Assembly: GCA_965203325.1 (NCBI GenBank)
Contig: OZ241875.1
Location: 1,642,609-1,706,608 of the forward strand
Direction of reading: 5' to 3'
Length of the DNA stretch: 64,000 bases
DNA from: a bacterium
GTDB taxonomy: Bacteria > UBA8248
Below the pieces are notes generated by a model that worked only from the letters and a program-made list of their open reading frames with translations, did no database searches and was not told the DNA's origin. Below, piece by piece: positions 45,158 through 55,479 of this stretch. Each line of letters begins with the position of its first letter. The first letter of the stretch is position 1. The position numbers and the translations under genes were made by a program.

Positions 45158-46036
45158 TCAGTTCGATGCCCTCGCTTCTTGCGATTTGAGAGAATACGCT
45201 TGCGTCGTGTTCATCATCAGCATGGCGACCGTCATGGGTCCCACCCCGCCCGGCACCGGCGTGATGGCGGAAACCTTTTCGAGCAGAGGTTCGAAATCAC
45301 AATCGCCGACCAGTTCCCCATCCACCCGGTTGATGCCGACGTCGACCACCACCGCTCCCTCGCGAACCATATCCGCGGTCAGGAATTTCGGCCGCCCCAT
45401 GGCGGCCACGACGATGTCGGCTTCTCTCGTAATGGCGGGGATATCTCGCGTCCGGGAGTGGCACACCGTTATCGTTGCGTTTTCATGCATCATCAGAATG
45501 GCCAGGGGAAGCCCCACGATCTTGCTGCGCCCGATGATGGCGGTTTTCTTCCCCTCCAGGCCGATATCGTAGAACTTCAGAATCTCGAGGACGCCGGCGG
45601 GCGTGCAGGGCTTGAGCGCACCCTGCTTGAGCGCCAGTTTCCCGAAATTTTCCGGGTGAAACACGTCGGCGTCTTTTTGGGGGGATACCCTGCGCAACAC
45701 TTCTTCTTCGTTCAAACCTTCGGGAAGCGGCAACTGCACCAGCATCCCGTCCACCTCGTCGTCCTGGTTCAACGCTTCGATGAGCGAGACGATATCATCC
45801 TGGCCCGTGTCCTCGGGCAAATGGTGATCGAAAGTCCGGATGCCGAGTCTCTTGGCGGAACGCCCCTTGATGCGGACATACACCTGAGAGGCCGGGTCCT
45901 CACCCACGAGAACGACGGCGAGCCCCGGAGGCCTGCCCATCCGGGGCAGGAGGGCATCGATGGAGGCTTTCAACTCCTCCATCACCTTTTCCGCCACAGG
46001 TTTGCCTTCAAGGAGCAGGGCTTTTGCCATCTTCAT
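45158..46036 (-). CDS. folD: Methylene-THF dehydrogenase/cyclohydrolase
   Basis: LVQLPLP, PCTPAG, GRSKIVG, DVGIN, TPVPGGVGPMT. Confidence 0.96.
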   Translation of the reverse strand: MKMAKALLLEGKPVAEKVMEELKASIDALLPRMGRPPGLAVVLVGEDPASQVYVRIKGRSAKRLGIRTFDHHLPEDTGQDDIVSLIEALNQDDEVDGMLVQLPLPEGLNEEEVLRRVSPQKDADVFHPENFGKLALKQGALKPCTPAGVLEILKFYDIGLEGKKTAIIGRSKIVGLPLAILMMHENATITVCHSRTRDIPAITREADIVVAAMGRPKFLTADMVREGAVVVDVGINRVDGELVGDCDFEPLLEKVSAITPVPGGVGPMTVAMLMMNTTQAYSLKSQEARASN

Positions 46037-46083
46037 CCTTCATCATCGGGCGAGCCGGCGGCGGACTTTATTATATTTGGCGA

Positions 46084-47055
46084 CTATACCAGAATCTTTC
46101 CGTCCTGGATGATCATCTGCTCATCCGCCCATACGGTGGGGTTGTCGAAGATCATGTCGATGTGGAGCGGGGCTTCGATCACGCCCCCGATGCTGCCGCT
46201 GTCGCCCACCGCCATGTGGCACGTGCCCCACGTCTTTTTCGCCTCCCGCATCGTCTCCCGGGGGCGGCATGCCGGATTCGTGCCGATGGCGAATTCCGCC
46301 ACGTTCTTCGCCAGGTCCCCGTTCTCATCCAGCAGTTTCCAGAACCTGTCCGCGGCGGCGCTTCCCGTGATGGACGCCACCTTGCCGTCCTTGATCTCGA
46401 GACGTATGGGCTCGGTGACGAAGCCCAGATCCTTCCGCTCGATGGAGAAGGGATTCACCATCACGCCGTTCGACGTGCCCTCAAGAGGGCTCATGGCCGC
46501 TTCGCCGTCGGGACACGCCGCGAATTCGCCGGATTTTCTCGCCACGCCGATGAGCGGGAAGCAGGTCCTGCCTTCCAGCGAGAATTCCATGTCGCACCCA
46601 TCGGGCGTCGTGAACCGGCCCGTCTTGGCCTCGGTGTAGATGTCGGAAATCGTCCGGGTGACCCGGGCGAGTTCGTCGTAGTCGGCCAGGGCGCCGCCCG
46701 CGACCATCATGTCCTCGCGCCATCCCCACATGTCCAGAACGCGCGCGCCCTCCCTGAGCGCGTTCCTCGCCGTCTCGGTATGGATGGTGGCGAAGCTGGT
46801 CTGGAGTATCACCACGTCCGATGCCGCCATCGCCGCCCCCACATGCGGCAGCGGGTCGATTCCCCCGTTCATGTGAGGGGGCATGTGCATGACGGAGAGT
46901 CTGGCGCCTGCGCCGCTCAAGGCATGGGCCAGCGCCTCGGTGACCGAAGCGGGGCGATCCGAATCCGTCACGAGAAGCACCAGCTCGCCCTCTTTCACGT
47001 CAAGAACCTGCTCTACGATTCGTCTGGCGGTAGGCGCCATATTGAACTTTACCAT
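46084..47055 (-). CDS. Aminopeptidase M29-like / NicX-like metalloprotein
   Basis: [26 protein letters not shown] motifs. Confidence 0.7.
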   Translation of the reverse strand: MVKFNMAPTARRIVEQVLDVKEGELVLLVTDSDRPASVTEALAHALSGAGARLSVMHMPPHMNGGIDPLPHVGAAMAASDVVILQTSFATIHTETARNALREGARVLDMWGWREDMMVAGGALADYDELARVTRTISDIYTEAKTGRFTTPDGCDMEFSLEGRTCFPLIGVARKSGEFAACPDGEAAMSPLEGTSNGVMVNPFSIERKDLGFVTEPIRLEIKDGKVASITGSAAADRFWKLLDENGDLAKNVAEFAIGTNPACRPRETMREAKKTWGTCHMAVGDSGSIGGVIEAPLHIDMIFDNPTVWADEQMIIQDGKILV

Positions 47056-47246
47056 TTCATCACCCCTGCATTATGGAAACTGAAATTGACGATGCCTCGA
47101 TTCGAAATGAACCGGTTACCGGCGGAACTTTCTTTTGGACGGATTGCATTATATGGGCCGATGAAACGTACTCGCAAGGGCGCGGCTTGATATGCGAAAA
47201 TCAGCCGTATCTCACAGATTCCGGTTCTCTCAAATGTGAGTCACAA

Positions 47247-47663
47247 ATGGAAACGCCCAGAAATCCTTATCTTACAGTGGACGTCATCATCGAAATCGAG
47301 GATGAGAAGGGCGAGCAAGGGGTCGTGATGATTGAGCGCAAAAATCCTCCCTATGGATGGGCTTTGCCGGGTGGATTCGTCGACTACGGGGAAACGCTCG
47401 AAAGCGCTGCAATACGAGAAGCCAAAGAGGAAACCTCGCTCGATGTGGAACTGATTCGCCAGTTTCATGCCTACAGCGACCCCGGGCGCGACGAGAGGCA
47501 GCACAACGTGACCGTCGTGTTCATCGCAAGGGTTCTTGGCGGAGTCTTAAAAGCGCGGGACGACGCCAGGCGCGCAGGCGTTTTCGCCGAAAACTCCCTG
47601 CCCGCTGAAATCGCATTTGATCACGCGGACATTCTAAACGATTATTTTTCAAGGAAGTACTAG
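47247..47663 (+). CDS. NUDIX hydrolase
   Basis: [26 protein letters not shown] Nudix box, RDER, AFDH. Confidence 0.92.
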   Translation: METPRNPYLTVDVIIEIEDEKGEQGVVMIERKNPPYGWALPGGFVDYGETLESAAIREAKEETSLDVELIRQFHAYSDPGRDERQHNVTVVFIARVLGGVLKARDDARRAGVFAENSLPAEIAFDHADILNDYFSRKY

Positions 47664-47776
47664 CGTGACCCGCCTGGGCGAAAGGCGTATCGAAACACAG
47701 TGTGCTATGATGGATAGGTAACGTGGGGGAGCACGCCTGTTTCCCCGATTTTTCTTTGACTTAGGGTTTACGAGAC

Positions 47777-48484
47777 ATGGGTGGACTCCTCGGAAGTTTC
47801 GGGCGCGGATTCGAGTCGATGCGAAAGGACATCGCCGCCGTCATGGAGCGCGACCCCGCCTGCAGGTCGAAACTGGAGGTGATTCTCTGCTATCCGGGAT
47901 TTCACGCCGTCTGCCTGCACCGGATGGCCCACTACTTCTGGAAGCGGGGCTTTCTGCTCCTGGCGCGCTGGCTGAGCCACTGGAACCGGTTCATCACGGG
48001 CATCGAAATTCATCCGGGCGCGCGGATCGGCGAAGGGCTATTCATCGACCACGGCATGGGCGTCGTCATCGGTGAAACGACGCATATCGGGAAAAACTGC
48101 ACCATCTACCAGGGGGTGACGCTCGGCGGCGTGAGCCTCAAGAAAGAAAAAAGGCATCCCTCTCTGGAGGACAACGTCGTCGTCGGCGTCGGCGCCCGGG
48201 TGCTGGGTCCGCACGTCATCGGCGCAGGCAGCCGCATCGGCGCCAGTTCGGTCGTCATCTCGGACGTTCCGCCCGGCTGCACGGTCGTCGGCGTGCCCGC
48301 GCGCATCGTCTACCGGGAGGGGCAAGGCAAAACGGACGATCTGCTCCCCGTCTCTTTCGAGCACCACGAGTTGCCCGACCCGGTGGAGGCGGCCATTCAG
48401 GCCCTGAACCAGCGCATCGCGGCCCTCGAGAGAGAACTGGCCCAGGCGCGGGAACCGGCACAGGAAAAACAAGAGACCCCATGA
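47777..48484 (+). CDS. cysE: Serine O-acetyltransferase
   Basis: [34 protein letters not shown]. Confidence 0.95.
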   Translation: MGGLLGSFGRGFESMRKDIAAVMERDPACRSKLEVILCYPGFHAVCLHRMAHYFWKRGFLLLARWLSHWNRFITGIEIHPGARIGEGLFIDHGMGVVIGETTHIGKNCTIYQGVTLGGVSLKKEKRHPSLEDNVVVGVGARVLGPHVIGAGSRIGASSVVISDVPPGCTVVGVPARIVYREGQGKTDDLLPVSFEHHELPDPVEAAIQALNQRIAALERELAQAREPAQEKQETP

Positions 48485-49650
48485 ACACCATCTACATGGA
48501 CCACAACGCGACCACCCCGATGCGGCCCGAGGTTCTGGCCGCGATGCAGCCCTATCTCGGCGAGAAATTCGGGAACCCGAACAGCATCCACCGGTACGGC
48601 CGCGAAACCAGAATCGCGATTGAAGACGCCCGCGACCATGCGGCGGCCCTCATCGGCGCCGTTGACAGCGATGAAATCTTCTTCACCTCAGGCGGTACGG
48701 AGAGCGACAACTGGGCGCTCCGGGGCGTCGTCTCCGCTGCGGGGGGAAGGAGCCACATCGTCACCACGGCGATCGAGCACGAGGCCGTCCTCGCGACGTG
48801 CCAGACCCTGGAAGCGGAGGGGGCGGAAGTCACCTACGTGAAGCCGGACCGGAAGGGGCGCGTCATAGCCCAAGACGTGGCGGCGGCGATCCGGCCGGAT
48901 ACCAAAATCGTGTCCGTCATGTGGGGCAACAACGAGGTCGGCACGGTTCAGCCGATCCATGAGATCGGCGCACTTTGCCGGGAGCGCGGAATCCTGTTCC
49001 ACACCGACGCCGTGCAGGCGATGGGGAAGGAGGCCATCGACGTGGAGCGCGCCGGCGTGTCCCTGCTTTCCGCCACCGGACACAAATTCAATGCTTTGAA
49101 GGGCGCGGGCTTTTTATACGTCAAAAAAGGAACCGAGCTCGACCCCTTCATGACCGGCGGCGGGCAGGAGCAGAAACTCCGCTCGGGCACGGAGAACGTG
49201 GCCGGCATCGTGGCGTTGGGGGAAGCGTGCCGCATCGCGAAAGAAGAAGGCCCGCAATCCGCCAGGAACGTCGCCGCCATGAGAGACCGGCTCGAAAACG
49301 AAATCTGCGAGCACGTTCCCGACGTGCTGGTCAACGGCGATACGGCGCACAGGCTGCCCGGCACGTCGAACCTGGGCTTCATCGGCGCGGAAGGGGAAAC
49401 ACTCCTGATCCGCCTGGATCTCGAGGGCATCGCCGTAAGCACGGGGGCGGCCTGCAGCTCCGGCTCCCCCGAGCCCAGCCACGTTCTTCTGGCGATGGAT
49501 TTGCCCCAGGAAACCGTGCAGGGCTCGCTCAGGTTCAGCCTCGGCTACGGCAACTCGGATGCGGACATCGACAGGCTGCTCGAAGTGCTGCCCGAGGCCG
49601 TCAGCAAGGTGCGCGAGATGGCGCCGCGCCTCAAATCGACGAAAACGTGA
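48481..49650 (+). CDS. iscS: Cysteine desulfurase (IscS/NifS)
   Basis: [38 protein letters not shown]. Confidence 0.93.
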   Translation: MNTIYMDHNATTPMRPEVLAAMQPYLGEKFGNPNSIHRYGRETRIAIEDARDHAAALIGAVDSDEIFFTSGGTESDNWALRGVVSAAGGRSHIVTTAIEHEAVLATCQTLEAEGAEVTYVKPDRKGRVIAQDVAAAIRPDTKIVSVMWGNNEVGTVQPIHEIGALCRERGILFHTDAVQAMGKEAIDVERAGVSLLSATGHKFNALKGAGFLYVKKGTELDPFMTGGGQEQKLRSGTENVAGIVALGEACRIAKEEGPQSARNVAAMRDRLENEICEHVPDVLVNGDTAHRLPGTSNLGFIGAEGETLLIRLDLEGIAVSTGAACSSGSPEPSHVLLAMDLPQETVQGSLRFSLGYGNSDADIDRLLEVLPEAVSKVREMAPRLKSTKT

Positions 49651-49659
49651 GAAAAATCC

Positions 49660-50052
49660 GTGGCTCCCAAAGACGATTACCACTATAACGAGACGGTCCT
49701 CCGCCACATCGCCGACCCGCGCAACATCGGCGTCATCGAAGACGCGGACGCCGAGGGGAGCGGCACGAACCCCGTCTGCGGGGATGAAGTGACGCTCTAC
49801 CTCAAATTCGAGGGCGTGGCGGTCACCGACGCCAGGATCAGGATTCTCGGCTGCGGGGCGATCACCGCCGCCATGAGTTCCCTGACGGATATGGTGCGCG
49901 GAAAAACCGCGGAGGAGCTTTTGGAAATCACCGCGGAGGAGATCGCGCAAAGCGTCGGCGGCCTCCCCACCCACAAACGCCACTGCGCCACCCTCGCCCG
50001 GCGGATACTCCAGAACGCCCTGAAATCGAGAAGCTTAAAGAACTCTCCATGA
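49660..50052 (+). CDS. iscU: Fe-S cluster scaffold (IscU/NifU N-terminal domain)
   Basis: NPVCGD, GCG, RHCA: three conserved Cys. Confidence 0.88.
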   Translation: MAPKDDYHYNETVLRHIADPRNIGVIEDADAEGSGTNPVCGDEVTLYLKFEGVAVTDARIRILGCGAITAAMSSLTDMVRGKTAEELLEITAEEIAQSVGGLPTHKRHCATLARRILQNALKSRSLKNSP

Positions 50053-50510
50053 GGCCATCTCTATCGGTCAAAGTCCTGGAACTGGACGGCTTGAAGCTCT
50101 GGGCGCTTCGCACGGACGCGCCTGCGACGCCTGAGACCATCGGCCTCACCCAGGCGCGCCTGCTCCGGATATGCGGGAACCTCCCCCGCATCGGCCCCGC
50201 TTGCGGATTCGACCATGGAGAGGGGGGATACGAAGCGTGCCGGCGAGCGCTTTCGGATCTGCCAAGACCTGAAGAACTCCATGAGACGAACTTTCCGGGC
50301 GGATGGCATGCGGTGGGTACGCACAGCGGGGGATACGAGGCGCTTTGCGTCACGTTGGGCGAGATGCTCGAACAATGGCTGCCGCACAGCGGTTTCAGGA
50401 GAAGAGAAGGCCCGCTGGTGTACCGTTACGTCACCGACCCCCGCGAAACGGCGGAAGCCGACATCCGAACCGAAATCTGCGTGCCCGTTCAGCCCGATCC
50501 GATTGAGTGA
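50049..50510 (+). CDS. GyrI-like small-molecule-binding domain protein
   Basis: PGGWHAV..HSGGYE, WLPHSG, YVTDP...TEICVP. Confidence 0.7.
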   Translation: MRPSLSVKVLELDGLKLWALRTDAPATPETIGLTQARLLRICGNLPRIGPACGFDHGEGGYEACRRALSDLPRPEELHETNFPGGWHAVGTHSGGYEALCVTLGEMLEQWLPHSGFRRREGPLVYRYVTDPRETAEADIRTEICVPVQPDPIE

Positions 50511-50518
50511 GGGGCATC

Positions 50519-50737
50519 GGACAGGTCGCGACCTGTCCCTACGAGAACCACATAAATCGAATCGAACCCGTAGGGGCGGCCCCCCGTGATTCGCCTTCGG
50601 TCGTCATTCCGGCGAAAGCCGGAATCCATTTGCGGGTGCGGGTGAATGAACTGCGGTGTATCCTTCCCCGCCGATGCGCGGGAACCATGACGAAAGGCAA
50701 AAGGCGTAAAATGGATTCCGGCTTTCGCCGGAATGAC
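50519..50737. repeat. REP palindromes plus dRS3-like inverted doublet
   Basis: GGACAGGTCGCGACCTGTCCCTAC 50519-50542; GTCATTCCGGCGAAAGCCGGAATCCA 50603-50628 and its inverse 50712-50737. Confidence 0.85.
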
Positions 50738-50795
50738 GGTGGGTTATCTCGGTCGACGGGGAAAGGAACAAGGACAAATCACGGTCTCAGACAAA

Positions 50796-53747
50796 TCACG
50801 CCCGGGAGATCCGGCACAGCAAACTCTTGAGGTTCGTCTGGTCCGAGCACGGGTCGCGCTGCGTGATGTCCGTCAGGAAATTCACCGACCGCCAGGGGTG
50901 GTAGGGCTGGCGCTCCCCCCAGCCGATGGGAACGTATACCGCGTCCTCCCGGATGCCCGCATTCACCCAGGCCATCGCCTCGATGGCGCCGTGCGCCGTC
51001 TCCACCCGGACTTTCTCGCCGTCTTCGATTCCCAGTTCTCGCGCTTTCAGAGGATGAATCTGGCAATAGAGGTCCGGCCACATCTCCTGCGCCTGCCAGA
51101 AATAATGCGTCCAGCTATGAAAATGCGGCGCGGGCGGGCGGCCCGTTATGAGCGTCGTCTCGAAGCCTTGCCGGCGTAGCACATCGCCCGGGTTCTTCCC
51201 GTCGGGCTGAATGATTCTGGCGGCGCGGGAACCCGTGGGCGCCTTGGAGAACGGGGAGATGATCGCCAGATCGTCATCTTCGTGTTCATATTCGAGATAC
51301 GGCAACCCCAGGAGATTCTCTTTCTCGCTGTAGAACTCAGGCAGCGCTGAGAGTCCGACTTGAGAGAATTTTTCCTCCAACGCCTCCGTCCAGAACTCCA
51401 GCCTTCCGCTCGGCGTCGGGAAGCGCTTGCCCTCCGGCTGCCCGGTGGCGGTCGTTCCTTCGAGATAAAGCGTCTCCTGCTCCGGGGCGTCCTCGCTCGC
51501 GACGGGGAAACGCACCCACCGGTAGGGAACCGAGTGGAGGCGTTTCTGCGTCACGCCCCGGAGGAAATCGTTGTCGATGCACATCTCGTCCCAGAACCTG
51601 CCCGGGTCCTTGTATTCCTCTTTCATCACGTCGCCGAACCCGAGGCGCCTGCCGAGTTCCGTCCATATCCACCCGTCGGGCTTCGCCTCTCCCGGCGGGT
51701 CGATCATCTTGTCGATCCAGACGATTCTCCTGTCGTCGTTCGTGCGGCCCAGCTCGCCTTTCTCGATCCCCCCCGCCGCGGGCAGCACGTAATCCGCATA
51801 GGCTGAGGTCTCGTTCACGAACAACTCGATGTGGACGATGAGGTCGAGCGCTTTGAATGCCGCACGCGCCTCATCCTGACCCGGCCATTGCGCGAGCGGG
51901 TTGTTGCACGTGATGAGGCCCTTGATGGGATACGGCTCCCCCTTCCGCATGGCGCTCAGCCAGCCGGCCGGGCTCCTGCGCACCATCGGCTTCCCGATTT
52001 CCGCCCGTCTGTGCTCGGGCGCGTTGGCGGCGATGGGCGGCCCCGCCGTCATGTTCACATAGGCGCCGCCCTTTCGGCCCCAGTTCCCCGTTATCGCGGC
52101 GACGAACATGAACGCCCGGTTGGTCTGCACCGAGTTGGTGTGCTGGTTGAGTCCCCGGCTCCCGAAGATGACGCAGCCGTCCGCCCCCGCCACGTCCCCG
52201 GCGAGCGCGCGAATCTCATCCGCGGGTATGCCCGTCACGCCCTCCGCCCAATCGGGGGAATAGCCCTTGGCGATAATGAAATCGCGCCAGCGCTCCCAGC
52301 CGAGCACCCATTCATCGCAAAAAGGCTGATCGTGCAAATTTTCAGAGAGAATATGGTGGACCATGGCTAGGCCGAGCGCCATGTCGGTGCCGGGGCGGAT
52401 GGCGAGCCATTTGTCCGCCTTGCTCGCCGTCGCGGTATACCTCGGGTCGACGACCACCATCTTCGTCTTGTTCCTGATGCGCCAGTCGTTCACCTTGCCG
52501 AAGTAGACCGGGCGCGTCTCCGCCTGGTTGTCCCCGACGTAGAGATACATCCCCGCGCTGCCGATATCCTCCGGCGTATAGCTGTTCCCGTTGCCGTTGA
52601 TCCCGTGCGTCACCTCGTAGGCGACCACCTTGCCCGCCGCGCAGAACGGGTCCGTCCCCTGGAGATTCGGCGTGCCCCACATCTGGCTGAACAGCCGCGC
52701 ATAGCCTTTCTGCGTAATCAACCCCGTGCGGGTCCCTACGAACATCGCCAGCGCCTCCGTGCCCCACTTTTCCTTCAGGACTTCGAGTTTCGCGGCGATC
52801 TCATCGAGCGCCTGCTCCCAGGTGATGCGCTCGAACGCATTTTCGCCCCGGCGGCCGACGCGCTTCAAGGGATATTTCAGGCGGTGTTCGTTGTGGTGGA
52901 GCTGCAGCGTGAACTGCGCCTTGGGGCAGATTTTTCCGTCCAGGACGGGGTCTTCATCGTTCCCCGTCACGTTGATGAGCTTATCGCCCTGGAAATGAAA
53001 CTTGGCGGTGCAGCAGTTGAAGCAGAAATTACACCCCCCCGGCTCGACGCGGTCCGCCTGGAGCGCGTTTTTGTCGTGCAGGTAGGGAAAGGCGGGGCCT
53101 TTCTCCTCGAAAACGCCGTTCGCTTCGGGTGAATCCACGAACCGGGGCCGGCTCGGTTTTTCACCCGAACCCAAGCCGTCCTTTCCGTTCACGCGACTGT
53201 TTTCCCTCGCGATTTTCTCCAGATATATCGTCTGCGGCTTCAGGAGAAAATGATCGTGATCCCGAAGATGACGACCCTCTCCCTCCGCTTGTTCGAGAAG
53301 CGTGTCCCTTTCGCCGAAAGAAATCGCGTAGCCCGGACAGATCTCGGCGCAGGCGGGCTCCAGATTCTTCTCCCGTCTGTCGGGGCAGAGGTCGCATTTC
53401 ACCGAGTGATGCCCCTGCGCGTCATAGCCCATCGCGCTGTAGGGACACGCCATGACGCATTCCCCGCAGCCCGTGCAGAGGGCTTCATGCACTTCCACCA
53501 CGCCGGTATCGGGGTCTTTGGTTATCGCCTTGGGATGAACGGGGCAGGCCCTGAGACAGGCAGGGCGCTCGCAATGCTGGCAGGTCAGCGTGAGGAAATC
53601 GGGCGCGCCCGTGGAGGCGTCCCCCAGCCAGACCACCTTGTTCCGGTATTGGCCGGGCCCCAGCCTGTGCTCCTGCTTGCACGCCGCCTCACAGCTCTTG
53701 CAGCCGAAGCACCGCTCCAGATCGATCATCAAGGCCAGCTTGCTCAA
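50796..53747 (-). CDS. Mo/W-bisPGD oxidoreductase (DMSO reductase superfamily) with N-terminally fused 4x[4Fe-4S] domain
   Basis: CFGCKSC, CQHC..PAC, CTGCGEC, CDLC; then CNFCFNCC...CPK, RLKYPLKR, VVVDPRYT, RPGTD, ADYVLP; TTG start with aaggag. Confidence 0.9.
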   Translation of the reverse strand: MSKLALMIDLERCFGCKSCEAACKQEHRLGPGQYRNKVVWLGDASTGAPDFLTLTCQHCERPACLRACPVHPKAITKDPDTGVVEVHEALCTGCGECVMACPYSAMGYDAQGHHSVKCDLCPDRREKNLEPACAEICPGYAISFGERDTLLEQAEGEGRHLRDHDHFLLKPQTIYLEKIARENSRVNGKDGLGSGEKPSRPRFVDSPEANGVFEEKGPAFPYLHDKNALQADRVEPGGCNFCFNCCTAKFHFQGDKLINVTGNDEDPVLDGKICPKAQFTLQLHHNEHRLKYPLKRVGRRGENAFERITWEQALDEIAAKLEVLKEKWGTEALAMFVGTRTGLITQKGYARLFSQMWGTPNLQGTDPFCAAGKVVAYEVTHGINGNGNSYTPEDIGSAGMYLYVGDNQAETRPVYFGKVNDWRIRNKTKMVVVDPRYTATASKADKWLAIRPGTDMALGLAMVHHILSENLHDQPFCDEWVLGWERWRDFIIAKGYSPDWAEGVTGIPADEIRALAGDVAGADGCVIFGSRGLNQHTNSVQTNRAFMFVAAITGNWGRKGGAYVNMTAGPPIAANAPEHRRAEIGKPMVRRSPAGWLSAMRKGEPYPIKGLITCNNPLAQWPGQDEARAAFKALDLIVHIELFVNETSAYADYVLPAAGGIEKGELGRTNDDRRIVWIDKMIDPPGEAKPDGWIWTELGRRLGFGDVMKEEYKDPGRFWDEMCIDNDFLRGVTQKRLHSVPYRWVRFPVASEDAPEQETLYLEGTTATGQPEGKRFPTPSGRLEFWTEALEEKFSQVGLSALPEFYSEKENLLGLPYLEYEHEDDDLAIISPFSKAPTGSRAARIIQPDGKNPGDVLRRQGFETTLITGRPPAPHFHSWTHYFWQAQEMWPDLYCQIHPLKARELGIEDGEKVRVETAHGAIEAMAWVNAGIREDAVYVPIGWGERQPYHPWRSVNFLTDITQRDPCSDQTNLKSLLCRISRA

Positions 53748-53820
53748 GAGTCACTCCTTAAGGGAGGGGTGTCGAAAAGGTCCCACAGAGGGAGCGCGTT
53801 GAATTTCACTCGCCCCTTGA

Positions 53821-54132
53821 GGGGGCTGCTGAAAAACCCCTGCAATGACGAGATTGCCGTCATTCCGGCGAAAGCCGGAATCCATTTTCAGGCAGAATGA
53901 TAATACTGCGGCTTTTCATCTCCTCGTCATTGGCGCGAATCGATCAGAAAACCAAGAACAAAGGCAAAACAAATGGATTCCGGCTTTCGCCGGAATGACG
54001 AACAAAACCGCACCATCTCGTAGGGACAGGCCTCCGTGCCTGTCCTAACGGCAACCATCCCGCAAAGGACAACCACAGAGGGTTGTCCCTACAACCACCA
54101 TTCCTCCTTTATCAAACTTTTTCAACAACCCC
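53821..54132. mobile_element. IS-end-like miniature element containing a dRS3-like doublet (53859-53999) and a REPIN (54020-54092)
   Basis: GGGGCTGCTGAAAAACC ... CTTTTTCAACAACCCC. Confidence 0.65.
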
Positions 54133-54180
54133 GTATGCACCCCTCCGCAGGCAGATTTCCCAACACCCCGACCACGCGGG

Positions 54181-54954
54181 CTACCACTTCGTCAGGTGCC
54201 ACCAGTATATCTCGCCACCGCCCGAGACATAACCGGCGAAAAACGTGACGGTGACCACGTGCCCCAGAATACCGAGAACGAAGGCAAACGCCAAAACGAT
54301 GTGGACCACCCGCCAGTACGCCTGCGCGGCAGATACGCCTGCGCGGGTGCCCAGCAACCTGTTCTCCCGGCCGATCAACCGGGCGTAGGCGAACGTGAGC
54401 GCGGGCCTTGAGAACCAATGCTTGAGTCTGGGGGAAAAGGCGCCCTCGTCCGCTCCCGGATCGAGCCTCGACAATAAAGACTCTTTCTCTTCGATGAGGC
54501 GGGCCAGCCGCTCCCGGTCTTCGGAACCGGGCGGGGAGAAGGATTGCTCCTTCGAGGCGAAGGTGGCCGACATCTGCCTGGATAAGCGGACGCGCGCCCA
54601 CACGCCCAGGATCACCAGAAGCAACAAGGCGACGAGTAAAAGAGCGGGCGCATAGCGAAGAAATCCGCCTGAATGGATCGTCACCAGCACGCCGCCCAGG
54701 GTGGCCGTCACGACATGGGCGGAAAACCAGCCGAGAGGAGAGCCGCCGACGCCCGTCCGCTTCGTGATCACGAAGACCAGGGACACGCACAGGAGGAGCG
54801 TCCCCGCGACGCCGAACAGATACAGCGTCGGGGAACCCGGCAGATGCCATTCGCGCGATAATTCGTGCTGGAACGCGAAGAAGGTGACCAGAACGACCGC
54901 CGCCGCGAAGACGAGATACGCAAGCAGCCTGTCGCCGATATCGAGTCGTCTCAT
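54181..54954 (-). CDS. Membrane protein with four intramembrane His (putative di-heme cytochrome b)
   Basis: Hydrophobic helices with WFSAH, TIH, WRVVH, LGH; upstream of the Mo enzyme. Confidence 0.6.
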   Translation of the reverse strand: MRRLDIGDRLLAYLVFAAAVVLVTFFAFQHELSREWHLPGSPTLYLFGVAGTLLLCVSLVFVITKRTGVGGSPLGWFSAHVVTATLGGVLVTIHSGGFLRYAPALLLVALLLLVILGVWARVRLSRQMSATFASKEQSFSPPGSEDRERLARLIEEKESLLSRLDPGADEGAFSPRLKHWFSRPALTFAYARLIGRENRLLGTRAGVSAAQAYWRVVHIVLAFAFVLGILGHVVTVTFFAGYVSGGGEIYWWHLTKW

Positions 54955-54959
54955 GAAAA

Positions 54960-55439
54960 TCAGGGAAATTCGATTTTTTCGACGTCCACGATCTCGAAAT
55001 TTCTCACGCCGCCGGGCAACTGAACCGCCACCTCATCGCCCGGTTCTTTCTGCATGAGCCCGCGCGAGAGCGGCGCGCCGAAGGAAATGACTCCATTGGG
55101 GAGGTCGCTTTCCTCCTCACCCAGTATCTCGTAGGTAAGCTCTTCGTTCTTGTCCAGGTCGAAGAGCGTGACTTTTGTGCCAATGGTGACCTTATCACCC
55201 GAGATGGGGAGTTCCTCGATGACGCTCGCCTCGCGGATCTTGTCCATGATCCGGCTCACCTCGTTCTTGAGGTTGCCCTGCAGCTCGATGGCCGCCTCCC
55301 ACTCGGCGTTCTCGCTCAGATCGCCCAGGCTCGCCGCCCTGCCGATCTCTTTCGACACCTCATGCTTCAGACGATGCTGAATCTCTTCGACCTTTTGCCT
55401 CAGCCCCTCGAGGCTCGCTTTGGTGATGTAATACGGCAT
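54960..55439 (-). CDS. greA: Transcription elongation factor GreA
   Basis: GDLSENAE, VTIGTKV, ISFGAPL, PGG. Confidence 0.92.
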   Translation of the reverse strand: MPYYITKASLEGLRQKVEEIQHRLKHEVSKEIGRAASLGDLSENAEWEAAIELQGNLKNEVSRIMDKIREASVIEELPISGDKVTIGTKVTLFDLDKNEELTYEILGEEESDLPNGVISFGAPLSRGLMQKEPGDEVAVQLPGGVRNFEIVDVEKIEFP

Positions 55440-55479
55440 TTCTTCCTCTTCCGGCGTTGAAATAATCGAAAACCGCGCC

